From: an uncultured Chloroflexia bacterium
GTDB taxonomy: Bacteria; Chloroflexota; Limnocylindria; Limnocylindrales; CSP1-4
Assembly (NCBI GenBank): GCA_963749705.1
Contig: CAVVNQ010000010.1
Location: 32,001 to 96,000, forward strand
DNA: 64,000 nt
Direction of reading: 5' to 3'
The position numbers and the translations under genes were made by a program. Below, piece by piece: positions 49,349 to 59,274 of this stretch (position 1 is the first letter of the stretch; each line of letters starts with the position of its first letter). The notes below the pieces were generated by a model, which saw only the letters and a list, made by a program, of their open reading frames with translations, had not been told where the DNA came from and did not search any database.

Positions 49349-49383
49349 GCGACCCGGGGACCTGCGAGGGGACCCCGGGTCGC
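49349..49383. terminator. Intra-operon stem-loop after the binding-protein gene
   Basis: GCGACCCGGGG...CCCCGGGTCGC inverted repeat. Confidence 0.55.
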
Positions 49384-49403
49384 TGGGGTTCATGACGAGG
49401 CTC

Positions 49404-50579
49404 TCAGCCCTTGATGTCCGTCCAGGCCTTCACCCAGTCGTCGAAGCCCTTGCACGTCACGTCGGTGCGTCCGTCGACGCAGGTGGTCTCGGGGGTCTGC
49501 CAGTACCACACGTCCTGCCAGAACGCGTCGTCGTTGGCGTGGTACGCGTCGCAGAAGCTCGGGTCGGACGTCTTGCCGCACGCCTTGCTGTTGGCCGGTG
49601 CCTCGCCGAACCATTCCGCGACCTGCGCGTTCACGTCCGGCGACACGATGTGGTCGAGGAACTTGTAGGCGCAGTTGATGTGCTTGGTCTTGCTGTTGAT
49701 CATCCACGTGTCGGACCACCCCGTCGCGCCCTCGACGGGCTTGACGATCTCGACCGGCACCGCGGGGTCCTCCGCCTTGAGCAGGTTGGTGATCACCTCC
49801 CAGGTGGTTCCCATGACCGCGTCGCCGTTGCGGAACGCGTCCATCTGCTTCGTGTAGTCGACCCAGTACTGGCCGATCAGCGGCTTCTGCTGCTTGAGCA
49901 GGTCGACCGCGGCGCCGAACTGCGTGTCGTCGAGCGCATACGGGTTCTTGATCCCCAGGTCGGGCTTGGTGGCCATCAGGACCACCGCAGCGTCGGCGAT
50001 GTAGATCGGCGCGTCGTAGACGGAGATCTTGCCCGCGTATGGCGAGCTCGGGTCGAACATCGCGGTCCACGAGCTGGGGGCCGACGTGACGACGTCGGTC
50101 CGCCACATCAGGAGGTTCGACCCGCGGCCGTGGGGGATGCCGTAGTGGACGCCGTCGACGGTGTTGTACGGCTTGTTCTTGAGGGCATCGAAGATGTCCG
50201 CGTAGCTGGGCACGAGGTCGACGTTGACCGGCTGCACGAAGCCCGCCCGGACGAGCCGCAGGCTCGCGTCACCGGACGCCGAGATCACGTCGTACTTGTC
50301 GGGGTTGGTCGAGAACAGCGTGTATGCCTCGTCCGACGTGCCGAACACCTGGATGTCGACCTTGCACCCGGTCGCCTGCTCGAACGGGGTCGTCCAGTCC
50401 ACGGTCGGGTCCGTGCCGCCGTTCTCCACGTAGCCGGGCCAGGCCAGGACGGACAGCGCGCCCTCGCCATCGCCCACCGATGTGGGCAGGCTGGGCGCCG
50501 GCGTGCCGCTCGATCCGCCGCACGCCCCGACGATCAGGGCGGCGACCGCCCCGAGGGCCAGGATCCTTCGCTTGGTCAT
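49404..50579 (-). CDS. potD: Polyamine ABC substrate-binding lipoprotein (YdcS/PotD-like)
   Basis: VGAC lipobox, WPGY, FEQATGCKV, PVEGATGWSD. Confidence 0.85.
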   Translation of the reverse strand: MTKRRILALGAVAALIVGACGGSSGTPAPSLPTSVGDGEGALSVLAWPGYVENGGTDPTVDWTTPFEQATGCKVDIQVFGTSDEAYTLFSTNPDKYDVISASGDASLRLVRAGFVQPVNVDLVPSYADIFDALKNKPYNTVDGVHYGIPHGRGSNLLMWRTDVVTSAPSSWTAMFDPSSPYAGKISVYDAPIYIADAAVVLMATKPDLGIKNPYALDDTQFGAAVDLLKQQKPLIGQYWVDYTKQMDAFRNGDAVMGTTWEVITNLLKAEDPAVPVEIVKPVEGATGWSDTWMINSKTKHINCAYKFLDHIVSPDVNAQVAEWFGEAPANSKACGKTSDPSFCDAYHANDDAFWQDVWYWQTPETTCVDGRTDVTCKGFDDWVKAWTDIKG

Positions 50580-51694
50580 TCGGTCCTCTCCTCCTCCGCT
50601 GGCCGCCCATCCGCGATGGGCAGGCAATGGTCCCGCTTCCAGACCAGCGCGACCTCGCGTCCCTGGGCCGCCAGGGCCTCCATCGACGAGGTCGCGAGGT
50701 TCTGCTGGGTGACGACGAGCTCGGCGCCCTGGTCGAGCGCCACGATGTACCGCGTGTCCGACCCCACGTAGATCACGTCCCGGATCCGGCCCCGGGCCAC
50801 GATCTCGTCCGCGCCGGCTGCCTCCTCGGGGCCGGCGATGTGGATCTTCTCGGGCCGGACGGTGAACGTGCCCCGACGGCCCACGATCGCCTCGGCGGCG
50901 TCGCCGCGGAGCAGGTTGGACGTGCCGACGAACCCGGCGACGAAGCGCGTCGCGGGGCGCTCGTAGACGTCGGCCGGGGTCCCGACCTGCTCGATCCTGC
51001 CATTGCTGAACACCGCGATCCGGTCGCTCATGGTGAGCGCCTCTTCCTGGTCGTGGGTCACGTACACGAACGTGATCCCGACGTCCGACTGGATCCGGTG
51101 CAGCTCGAGCTGCATCTCCTCGCGCAGCTTGAGGTCGAGCGCCCCCAGCGGCTCGTCGAGCAGCAGCACCCGGGGCCGGTTGACGAGCGCTCGCGCGAGC
51201 GCCACCCGCTGGCGCTGACCGCCCGACAGCTGCCCCGGCTTTCGCCGGTCGTAGCCCTCGAGGCGGACCATGCCGAGCGCGTCCGCGACGCGTCGTTGGC
51301 GCTCGGGCTTGGGCACCTTGCGCACCAGGAGCCCGTAGGCAAGGTTGTCGGCGACCGACATGTGGGGGAACAGCGCGTAGTCCTGGAACACGGTGTTGAC
51401 GTCGCGCTCGAACGGCGCGAGGCGGGTGACGTCGCGGCCCTGGAGCAGGACGCGGCCGGCGGTCGGGACCTCGAAGCCCGCGATCATGCGCAGGGTCGTG
51501 GTCTTGCCGGAGCCGGATGGACCGAGCATCGAGAAGAACTCGCCGTCCGCGATCTCGAGGTCGATGCCGTTGACGGCCACGACGTCGCCGAACCGCTTCT
51601 CGACCCGCTCGAGCTGGACGGCCAGACCCGCATCGCCGTGCCGCGACCCGTCATCCCGCTCGGTCTGCGCCATGTCCGCTGGCTGCGTGGTCAC
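50576..51694 (-). CDS. potA: Polyamine ABC ATP-binding protein
   Basis: GPSGSGKTT, VFQDYALFPH, LSGGQRQR, THDQEEA; TTGACA-18-TAGCGT promoter at 51792-51821. Confidence 0.9.
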   Translation of the reverse strand: MTTQPADMAQTERDDGSRHGDAGLAVQLERVEKRFGDVVAVNGIDLEIADGEFFSMLGPSGSGKTTTLRMIAGFEVPTAGRVLLQGRDVTRLAPFERDVNTVFQDYALFPHMSVADNLAYGLLVRKVPKPERQRRVADALGMVRLEGYDRRKPGQLSGGQRQRVALARALVNRPRVLLLDEPLGALDLKLREEMQLELHRIQSDVGITFVYVTHDQEEALTMSDRIAVFSNGRIEQVGTPADVYERPATRFVAGFVGTSNLLRGDAAEAIVGRRGTFTVRPEKIHIAGPEEAAGADEIVARGRIRDVIYVGSDTRYIVALDQGAELVVTQQNLATSSMEALAAQGREVALVWKRDHCLPIADGRPAEEERTE

Positions 51695-51871
51695 GCTGGG
51701 TCCGGTCTCCTGGTCCGCCGCCGGGCGGAGCGGCGGGTTGTGACGGATGCGGTGCCGCTCGTGGACCCGGCCGCCGCTGGAGGTGGCGCGCACGCTACGG
51801 GCCCCCGCCTCGCAGTGTCAAGCGCAATCCCGCGGGGTGGGCATCGGCGCAACCTGACGCATCATGGCGCG

Positions 51872-52441
51872 ATGCGTTCGTCACCCGCCCGATTCCCGCT
51901 GCTGCTCCTGCTGGCCGTCGCGGCTGCGCTCGGAGCCTCGTCCTGCGACGCGGCAGCACCGCCCGGCACGCCGCCCATCACGCCCGGGACGAGCGCATCG
52001 CCGCGCGAGATCAACATCGTTGCCCACGACTACGCGTTCGTGCCGTCGGTGGTCGATCTCGTGCCCGGCGAGACCGTGCTGCTCCATGTCGTCAATGGCG
52101 GGCTGGAGACGCACGAGGCGATCATCGGGGATCTCGGCGAGCAGCTCGCCTGGGAGGCGGCGGAGGACGCCACCGCGGGCAGCCCGCCGGGCCCCACGCC
52201 ATTCGTCGCGGCGCCGCCGGGGTTCCGCGGGGTCCGCGTGGTGGTGGGCTCGGGCCAGCGGGTCGACGTGACCTGGACCGTCCCGGCCGACGCCGCCTCC
52301 ACGGCCGCCGGCTGGTTCGTCGGCTGCCACATCCCCGGCCACTGGCAGAAGGGGATGGTGGTCGCGGTCCGCTTCGTGGACGCTGCCGGTGTGCCGCTCG
52401 CGAGCCCGCCCGCGCTGCCCGTGCCCAGCCCGGGTGGCTGA
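51872..52441 (+). CDS. Cupredoxin-family lipoprotein
   Basis: Signal with ASSC lipobox; THE...GCHIPGHWQKGM type 1 copper motif. Confidence 0.8.
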   Translation: MRSSPARFPLLLLLAVAAALGASSCDAAAPPGTPPITPGTSASPREINIVAHDYAFVPSVVDLVPGETVLLHVVNGGLETHEAIIGDLGEQLAWEAAEDATAGSPPGPTPFVAAPPGFRGVRVVVGSGQRVDVTWTVPADAASTAAGWFVGCHIPGHWQKGMVVAVRFVDAAGVPLASPPALPVPSPGG

Positions 52442-52613
52442 CGCCGGCCCGTTTCCGGCGACTCACTCCGACGGCGGGGCGACGTAGGGCGGCTGGCGGC
52501 CCTGCGCGCGCTCACGCGATGCCCGGTTCCGGCGTGCCGGTGTACCCTCTTGTGCGTTGCGCGGTCGCTCCCGCGCCTCGAGCCCTCGATCTTCTTCCAG
52601 GAGAGCTTCTGAC

Positions 52614-52901
<288 letters not shown>

Positions 52902-52986
52902 TCGTCCGCGGCACCCCCCTGGCCCGGAGCCCAGCCCCCACGGCGCACCCGGCAGCGGTTTCGTGGCGCGCCCGTAGACTGATCGC

Positions 52987-53914
52987 GTGCGAATCGTCTC
53001 CCTCCTGCCTTCGGCGACCGAGACCGTGTTTGCGCTCGGGCTCGGAGGCGAGCTCGTCGGCATCAGCCACGATTGTGACTACCCGCCGGCGGTGCGCGAT
53101 ATCCGCGTGGTCACGACGGCAGCCCGTGACCTGTCGGTCGCCTCGTCGCATGCGATCCACCGGCAGGTCGAGGGATCGGTCGCGGCCGGCGAGTCGCTCC
53201 ACGTGCTGGACGTGGCCGCCCTCGAGGAGCTCCGTCCGGACCTGATCCTGACCCAGGACCTGTGTCGCGTGTGTGCCGTCGGCTACCGCGAGGTCAGCGA
53301 GGTCGCGAGGCGGCTCGAGGGCGAGGTGAGCGTCGTGAGCCTGGAGCCCACGTCGATCGAAGGCATCCTCAACTCGATCCAGACGGTGGGCGCGATGACG
53401 GAGGCGGAGGACGAGGCCGTGGGCCTGGTCGAGGAGCTGCGCGAGCGCCTCCGGGCGGTCGAGGAGATCGTGGGCTCGCGGCGGCAGGGCGGCTTCGTCC
53501 CGCCTCGCGTCGTGGCCGTCGAATGGCTGGACCCGCCGTTCGCGGTCGGCCACTGGGTTCCCGAGCAGGTGCGGCGGGCCGGCGGCTGGGAGCTGCTGGG
53601 CCACGAGGGCGACCACTCGGTCAGAGACGAGCTGGGACGCCTTGCGCGAGGTCGACGCCGAGATCATCGTCCTCATGCCGTGCGGGTTCGACCTCGAGCG
53701 CACCGTCCGCGAGTGGGGCGAGCTGCCGCGCCCGGCCGGGTGGCACGACCTGCGCGCGGTGCAGGACGGGCGCGTCTATGCGGTGGATGGGTCGGCCTAC
53801 TTCTCGCGCCCGGGTCCCAGGGTCGTGGACGGGATCGAGGTCCTGGCGGAGGTGATCGACCCGCTCGCGTTCGACGGGATGGCGCCGCCCGACAGCTGGG
53901 CCAGGGTCGGCTGA
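52987..53914 (+). pseudogene. BtuF-like cobalamin/Fe-siderophore binding-fold protein, frameshifted at ~53623 (likely assembly indel)
   Basis: MRIVSLLPSATE...GHWVPEQV; removing one A near 53623 gives HSVETSWDALREVDAE...MPCGF...FSRPGPR. Confidence 0.78.
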
Positions 53915-53940
53915 GCCGGCGCCCGGCGTACTCTCCGGCC

Positions 53941-54843
53941 ATGCCCCACCGCACCCGGTTCGACTGCCTGTGGTGCGGTACGACCTGGTCGGTGCGCGGC
54001 GCCGACGATCTCGAGGGCTGGGCCCAGCTGTGCCCGGATTGCCTCGGCAAGGCCGGCACGAACACCTTCCTCCGTGGACGCCTCCGGACGGCGATCGAGC
54101 AGCGCGCGGCGGCCGGCGCCGCGGATCCCGCCGCAGCCCCCGCCGCGGCCTCTGCCGTTGCGCCCGCCGTGGCCCCCGCCGTGGCCCCGGTGCCGGCATC
54201 AACAGGGCCGCGCGCGCCGCACCGCGCGCTGCGCCCGCCGGCGATGGCCCTGCCCGACGACTGGTTCCTGCGGCGGGGCGAGTTCGAGCGGGGCGCGATC
54301 CACGATGCCGCCTGGAACGCGGAGCTCGACGTCGTCACCCGGTGGCTGGACGAGGCGCCCATCTCGGGGCAGATCGAGGAGCCGGCCGCCGGCGTCGGCT
54401 TCTTCTCGCCCCTCCTCGCCGGCAGGGGCGAGCTGCATGCCTCGGACGCCGACGGCGATGCCCTCGACCGCGCCCGCGAGCGGCTCGTCGCGCATCGCCT
54501 GCTTGCGCACCTCCATGTCGAGGATCCGTGGGCGCCCGCCGATGGCCATGCGGAAAGCACGGGCCCTGCGGATGCGGTCGTCGCCGCGTTCCTGCTGGGG
54601 CGCGTGCGGGGCGCCGGGCTCGATGCCGCGGTCCGGTCGCTGCGGTCCCGGCTGCGCCGCGGGGGGCGGCTGGCGGTCATCGACCTGCGACCGGATCCGG
54701 CTGCCGGCCTCCCCGCGGGTCTCGACTGGACCTGGCACGATCCGGCCGTGCTGGAGGCGGCCCTCGCACGGGCGGGGTTCGCGGGCATCGAGCTCACCAC
54801 GACCGGTCGGTTCTTCGTGCTCGTCCGCGCGGTCGCCGCCTGA
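53941..54843 (+). CDS. SAM-dependent methyltransferase-like protein with N-terminal Zn ribbon
   Basis: CLWC...CPDC; degenerate motif I EPAAGVG; LRRGGRLAVID. Confidence 0.7.
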   Translation: MPHRTRFDCLWCGTTWSVRGADDLEGWAQLCPDCLGKAGTNTFLRGRLRTAIEQRAAAGAADPAAAPAAASAVAPAVAPAVAPVPASTGPRAPHRALRPPAMALPDDWFLRRGEFERGAIHDAAWNAELDVVTRWLDEAPISGQIEEPAAGVGFFSPLLAGRGELHASDADGDALDRARERLVAHRLLAHLHVEDPWAPADGHAESTGPADAVVAAFLLGRVRGAGLDAAVRSLRSRLRRGGRLAVIDLRPDPAAGLPAGLDWTWHDPAVLEAALARAGFAGIELTTTGRFFVLVRAVAA

Positions 54844-54875
54844 GCGGCGGGAGCCCGGTGCTATCCTCCGGCGCG

Positions 54876-55757
54876 ATGTCACCGCTCGCGAATCGGACGA
54901 TCGCCACGGTCGGCTCGGGCGTCATGGCCGAGGCGATGATCGTCGGGCTGCTCCGCGGCAAGCTGGTGACGCCGGACCAGGTGATCGCCAGCCACCCGCG
55001 CCCCGAGCGCCGGGACTCCCTGTCCGGCACGCACGGCATCCGGACCGTGGCCTCGAACGTCGAGGCGGTGTCCGGCGCGGACGTGGTCATCCTGGCGGTC
55101 AAGCCGCAGATGCTCGCCCGCGTGGGACGCGAGATCGGGCCGCACCTCAGGGCAGGCCAGCTGGTGCTGTCCGTGCTCGCGGGCCCGACCACCCGGGCGT
55201 TGACGGCGACGCTGGCCCACGACCAGGTCGTCCGGGCAATGCCCAACACGCCGGCCCGGATCGGCAACGGCATGACCGTGTGGTATGCGACCCCCGCCAC
55301 CACCGCCGACCAGCGGGCCCAGGCGGAGGCGTTGCTGGGTGCGCTCGGCGCCGAGCTCGAGGTCGACGACGAGCGCTGGGTCGCGATGGCGACCGCGGTC
55401 TCGGGCACCGGACCCGCGTACGTGTTCCTGGTCATGGAGGCGCTGATCGATGCGGCCGTCCACCTCGGCTTTCCGCGTCACATCGCCCACGACCTCGTGA
55501 TCGAGACGCTCGAGGGCAGCACCCGGTTCGCGAAGCAGTCCGGCGATCATCCCGCCGTGCTCCGCAACATGGTCACCTCGCCCGCCGGAACCAGTGCGGC
55601 GGCCATCCACGAGCTCGAGTCCGGCCGGTTGCGCACCGTCCTGAGCGAGGCGGTCTGGGCGGCCTACCGGCGCACGGTCGAGCTCGGGGACCAGATCGAG
55701 GCGCAGGTCGCGGAACCACCCTCGAAGCCCCGCGAACGGCGGTCCAAGGGCAGCTGA
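54876..55757 (+). CDS. proC: Pyrroline-5-carboxylate reductase
   Basis: VGSGVMA, LAVKPQ, RAMPNTP, SGTGPAY, VTSPAGT. Confidence 0.95.
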   Translation: MSPLANRTIATVGSGVMAEAMIVGLLRGKLVTPDQVIASHPRPERRDSLSGTHGIRTVASNVEAVSGADVVILAVKPQMLARVGREIGPHLRAGQLVLSVLAGPTTRALTATLAHDQVVRAMPNTPARIGNGMTVWYATPATTADQRAQAEALLGALGAELEVDDERWVAMATAVSGTGPAYVFLVMEALIDAAVHLGFPRHIAHDLVIETLEGSTRFAKQSGDHPAVLRNMVTSPAGTSAAAIHELESGRLRTVLSEAVWAAYRRTVELGDQIEAQVAEPPSKPRERRSKGS

Positions 55758-55792
55758 CCTGGCGGCCGCCGGTGCGCGGCACGAGTCCCTCG

Positions 55793-56284
55793 CTACCCGG
55801 CCGGTGGCGTGCCGTCCGTCTTCGGGATCACGCTGATCGAGCCGTTCGTCTCGAGCACCGCGACCGCGGCCTCGTTGATCCGCAGCAGTCCGTGCTGGCG
55901 GAGGGCCGACAGCAGCTCCGCCTCGCTGATCGACTCCTCGCGCATCGCGCGGCGCAGGGCCACCCCGTCCCGGATCAGCAGCCGCGGCTCACCTTCCACG
56001 GTCCTTCGGAACCACGTCCAGCGATTGCGCAGCTCGCCCAGCCCACGGTCGATGACGACCAGGGTCGCCGCGGCCGTCAGGCCGCCGATGACCGTGACGT
56101 TGGAGCCGACCATCGCGTTCTGGACGCCGTTGGCGATGAGCAGCAGGAGCACGAAGTCGAGCAGCGACAGCTGGGCCACCTCGCGCTTGCCGGCGATGCG
56201 GAGCAGGACGACGATCGCCACGTAGACGATCGCGGACCGCGCCACCACGTCGAGGACGCCGGCGCCGAGGTCGGGGACCGTCAT
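55793..56284 (-). CDS. DUF421/YetF family membrane protein
   Basis: GKREVAQLSLLDF, EGEPRLLI, LETNGSISV. Confidence 0.9.
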   Translation of the reverse strand: MTVPDLGAGVLDVVARSAIVYVAIVVLLRIAGKREVAQLSLLDFVLLLLIANGVQNAMVGSNVTVIGGLTAAATLVVIDRGLGELRNRWTWFRRTVEGEPRLLIRDGVALRRAMREESISEAELLSALRQHGLLRINEAAVAVLETNGSISVIPKTDGTPPAG

Positions 56285-56389
56285 CGCGGGCAGGATCCAG
56301 AGGACCGCATGGCCCGGAATCTAGCGTCCATGCTCCCTTTCGGCGCGACGGCTCCGCGATATCCTCGCCCGGATGGACACCACCCGACA

Positions 56390-57361
56390 GTGAGCGACCT
56401 CGCCGAGCGCGCGATGCGCTCCACGCTCCTCAGCCTCTCCCACCGCCGGTCCCTCGGCCGGCTCGCGACCCGTATTCCGATCACCCGCCCGATGGTCCGC
56501 CGGTTCGTCGCCGGTGAGACCCTGGACGAGGTCCTGCCCGCGATCGAGCGCCTGCACGCGCAGGGGATGCGGACGACGGTCGATGTGCTCGGCGAATCCG
56601 TGACCCGCGAGGAGGACGCGCGCGCGGCCGCCGGTCGGTACCTGGACACGCTCGACGCGCTCGCGGCGCGCGGCCTCGACCGCAACGTGTCGCTCAAGCC
56701 CAGCCAGATGGGGCTCGCGCTCGACCCCGCCCTGGCCCGCGAGAACATCGGCGCCATCGTTGCCCGGGCGGTCGAGACCGGCGCATTCGTGCGGATCGAC
56801 ATGGAGGACCACACGACGACCGACGACACGCTCGCGCTGTGGCGAGATGTCCGGCCGGCGGACGCCGGCGGTGGCGGAGCGGCGTCGCCTGCCGACGTCG
56901 GGCTGGTGCTCCAGTCCGCCCTGCGCCGGACGGCCGACGACGTGGAGTCGGTGATCGCAGCCGGCGGCCGGGTGCGGCTGTGCAAGGGCGCGTACAAGGA
57001 GCCCGCCGGCGTCGCGTTCCAGGACAAGGCCGAGGTCGACGCCTCGTACGAGACGCTGATGCTCCGCCTCATGCGTGCCGGACGCTACCCGGCCATCGCC
57101 ACCCACGACGTGCGGCTGATCAAGCGGGCGATCGAGGTCGCGACGGCCGAGGGGATCGCGCGCGACGCATTCGAGTTCCAGATGCTGTACGGCGTGCGAC
57201 GCGACCTGCAGGAGCAGCTGGTTGCCGCCGGCTGGACGGTGCGGGTCTACGTGCCGTTCGGGGACAAGTGGTACCCGTATTTCATGCGTCGCCTGGCGGA
57301 GCGCCCGGCCAACGTGTCGTTCCTGATCCGGAACCTGTGGCGGGAGCGCGGCCGGGGCTGA
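56390..57361 (+). CDS. Monofunctional proline dehydrogenase
   Basis: RFVAGE, DVLGE, IDMED, RLCKGAY, ATHD, FQMLYG, RRLAERPAN. Confidence 0.95.
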   Translation: MSDLAERAMRSTLLSLSHRRSLGRLATRIPITRPMVRRFVAGETLDEVLPAIERLHAQGMRTTVDVLGESVTREEDARAAAGRYLDTLDALAARGLDRNVSLKPSQMGLALDPALARENIGAIVARAVETGAFVRIDMEDHTTTDDTLALWRDVRPADAGGGGAASPADVGLVLQSALRRTADDVESVIAAGGRVRLCKGAYKEPAGVAFQDKAEVDASYETLMLRLMRAGRYPAIATHDVRLIKRAIEVATAEGIARDAFEFQMLYGVRRDLQEQLVAAGWTVRVYVPFGDKWYPYFMRRLAERPANVSFLIRNLWRERGRG

Positions 57362-57465
57362 CCGAGCGCCGGCGCTGACCGACCGCCGGCGCGGCTGACC
57401 GATTGCGCCTCGGCCCGATCGAGCCGCAATCGACGACCGATCGAGCGCCGCCCCCGGGAATCCAA

Positions 57466-57493
57466 GAGCCGCCGGGTGGGCCCCCGGCGGCTC
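57466..57493. terminator. Hairpin between convergent proline dehydrogenase and peptide genes
   Basis: GAGCCGCCGGG-TGGGCC-CCCGGCGGCTC. Confidence 0.65.
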
Positions 57494-57517
57494 AGGCCTC
57501 GGCGGTGAGGCGGATGG

Positions 57518-57616
57518 CTACCAGCGCTTGGCGCCGTTGATCACGAAGGCGAACGCGGCGAGGCTGCCGAGGAAGAGGGTGGCGCGGTGCGCGTACCACT
57601 TGAGCGTGGGCTTCAT
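57518..57616 (-). CDS. 32-aa hydrophobic peptide ending GAKRW (copy 2)
   Basis: AAAGGA SD; MKPTLKWYAHRATLFLGSLAAFAFVINGAKRW-stop; GC-ending codons; downstream hairpin. Confidence 0.75.
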   Translation of the reverse strand: MKPTLKWYAHRATLFLGSLAAFAFVINGAKRW

Positions 57617-57811
57617 GATGTTTCCTTTTCCCATGAGTGCGAGGTGGGCCCCTCGCGAGGAGGGATCCGAACGTACGCGCTCCGCGGTACCAGGAGGAAT
57701 GACCCGTTGGTACTGGTACCCACTCGCCTTAAGGCGGAGTTGCGGCGCCGCACCACGTCCGGGCGGGCCGGCGGGGAACCGTGACGCTGCTCCAGGTGGA
57801 CCGATCGCGAC

Positions 57812-59200
57812 TCAGGTCGTCGCGTCCGCCCCGGGTGCGGCGGGGATGCGGAACCAGAATGTGCTGCCGGCGCCCACGACCGACGAGACGCCCATCGTCC
57901 CGCCGTGCGCCTCGACGATCTGCTTCGAGATCGGCAGGCCAAGCCCGGTGCCCTTCGGGCCGTCGGCAAGCGTGTCCGACGCCTGGCGGAACGGCTCGAA
58001 GATCCGCTCCTGGTCGGCCTCCGGGATCCCGCGACCCGAGTCCGCCACCTCGACCCGAACCTGGTCGCCATCGGGCGCCACCCGCACCCGGATCGTCCCG
58101 GCCGGCGTGAACTTGACCGCGTTGGATACCAGGTTGATGAGCACCTGGACCAGCCGGTCGCGGTCGCCCTCGATGGCCGGCAGGCCGTCCGCGACCACGA
58201 CCTCGGGCGTCAGCCCGCTCACCTCGAACAGCGAGGCCGTCGCCGCGAGCCCCTGGCGCACGACATCCTCCAGCTGGATCCGCGCCATGCGCCACTCGAG
58301 CCGCCCCGCCTCGATCTTGGCGAGGTCGAGCAGGTCGTTGATCAGCACCGTGAGCCGGTCGCCCTCGGCGGCGATGATCCCGAGGTTCTCGCGGACCTGC
58401 CGCAGCGCACGCTCGACCTTCGGCTCGCCCAACGGGACCACCGGAGCCACCACCTCCTCGAGGCGTCGCCGGCTCAGCTTCGCAAACCCGACGACGGACG
58501 TGAGCGGCGTCCGCAGCTCGTGCGAGATGTTGGCCAGGAACCGGCTCTTGGCATCGTTCGCCGACTCCGCCGCCGCACGCGCCTCCTGCGCCTCGGCCAT
58601 CGCCTCGACGAGGTTCCGGGTCCGCTCGGCCACGCGGTCCTCGAGGGCCCGGTTCTGCGCCTCGAGCTGCGCGTACAGTCGGGCGGACTCGATCGCGCCG
58701 GCGAACAGCGAGCCGACCGTGTACAGCAGCGGCCCGTCCGTCGGCTCGAGGGCCCGGCCCTCGCGGCGGTCGTCGACGAGCAGGACCCCCACGACCCGCC
58801 CCTGGGTGACCATCGGCGTGCCCATGAAGCCCGTCGCGCCGAGCACCGCCGCGAGCCGCCGGGTCGTATCGTCGACGTCGTGGTCCGCGTCGTGGAACCG
58901 CAGCGGACCGTCGGCTCGCGCCAGCCGGGCCAGCGCGGCGTCCTCGTCCCCGATGGCGACCCGCAGGTCCGCGACCAGCACCCCGACGCCCGGCGGCCCG
59001 CCCGCGACGCGGCAATCGCCGACGGTGCCGCCGGCCGGGTCCACCAGCGCCATCAGCCCGCGCGTGAAGCCGAGGCGCCCGACGATCTCGGCCAGCCCGC
59101 GATCGACGAGCGTCTCCAGGTCCAGCGTCGACCCGAGCGCGATCCCGATGGCATTGATCCCGGACAGCTCGGCGAGACGCCGGCGCAGGTCCTCCTGCAC
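57812..59200 (-). CDS. Cytoplasmic GAF-domain sensor histidine kinase (start may be CTG 59278)
   Basis: SHELRTPL, NLVSNAVKFT, DSGRGI, GTGLGL; no TM. Confidence 0.92.
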   Translation of the reverse strand: MQEDLRRRLAELSGINAIGIALGSTLDLETLVDRGLAEIVGRLGFTRGLMALVDPAGGTVGDCRVAGGPPGVGVLVADLRVAIGDEDAALARLARADGPLRFHDADHDVDDTTRRLAAVLGATGFMGTPMVTQGRVVGVLLVDDRREGRALEPTDGPLLYTVGSLFAGAIESARLYAQLEAQNRALEDRVAERTRNLVEAMAEAQEARAAAESANDAKSRFLANISHELRTPLTSVVGFAKLSRRRLEEVVAPVVPLGEPKVERALRQVRENLGIIAAEGDRLTVLINDLLDLAKIEAGRLEWRMARIQLEDVVRQGLAATASLFEVSGLTPEVVVADGLPAIEGDRDRLVQVLINLVSNAVKFTPAGTIRVRVAPDGDQVRVEVADSGRGIPEADQERIFEPFRQASDTLADGPKGTGLGLPISKQIVEAHGGTMGVSSVVGAGSTFWFRIPAAPGADATT

Positions 59201-59274
59201 CGGCAGGTCTGCCTCGCCGCCACCTGGCGCGCGGCGCCCGCGCGGGATCGGAGCCGACCGTTCGGCGCGGAAGC

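Noticed and set aside
52987-54843. 618-aa BtuF-methyltransferase fusion
   Set aside because: Explained by a one-base insertion; the true C-terminus of the binding protein is in another frame ending at 53914.
54074-56389. Long N-terminal extension making proline dehydrogenase 1095 aa (PutA-sized)
   Set aside because: The extension overlaps the methyltransferase, proC and DUF421 genes in other frames and has no aldehyde dehydrogenase motifs.
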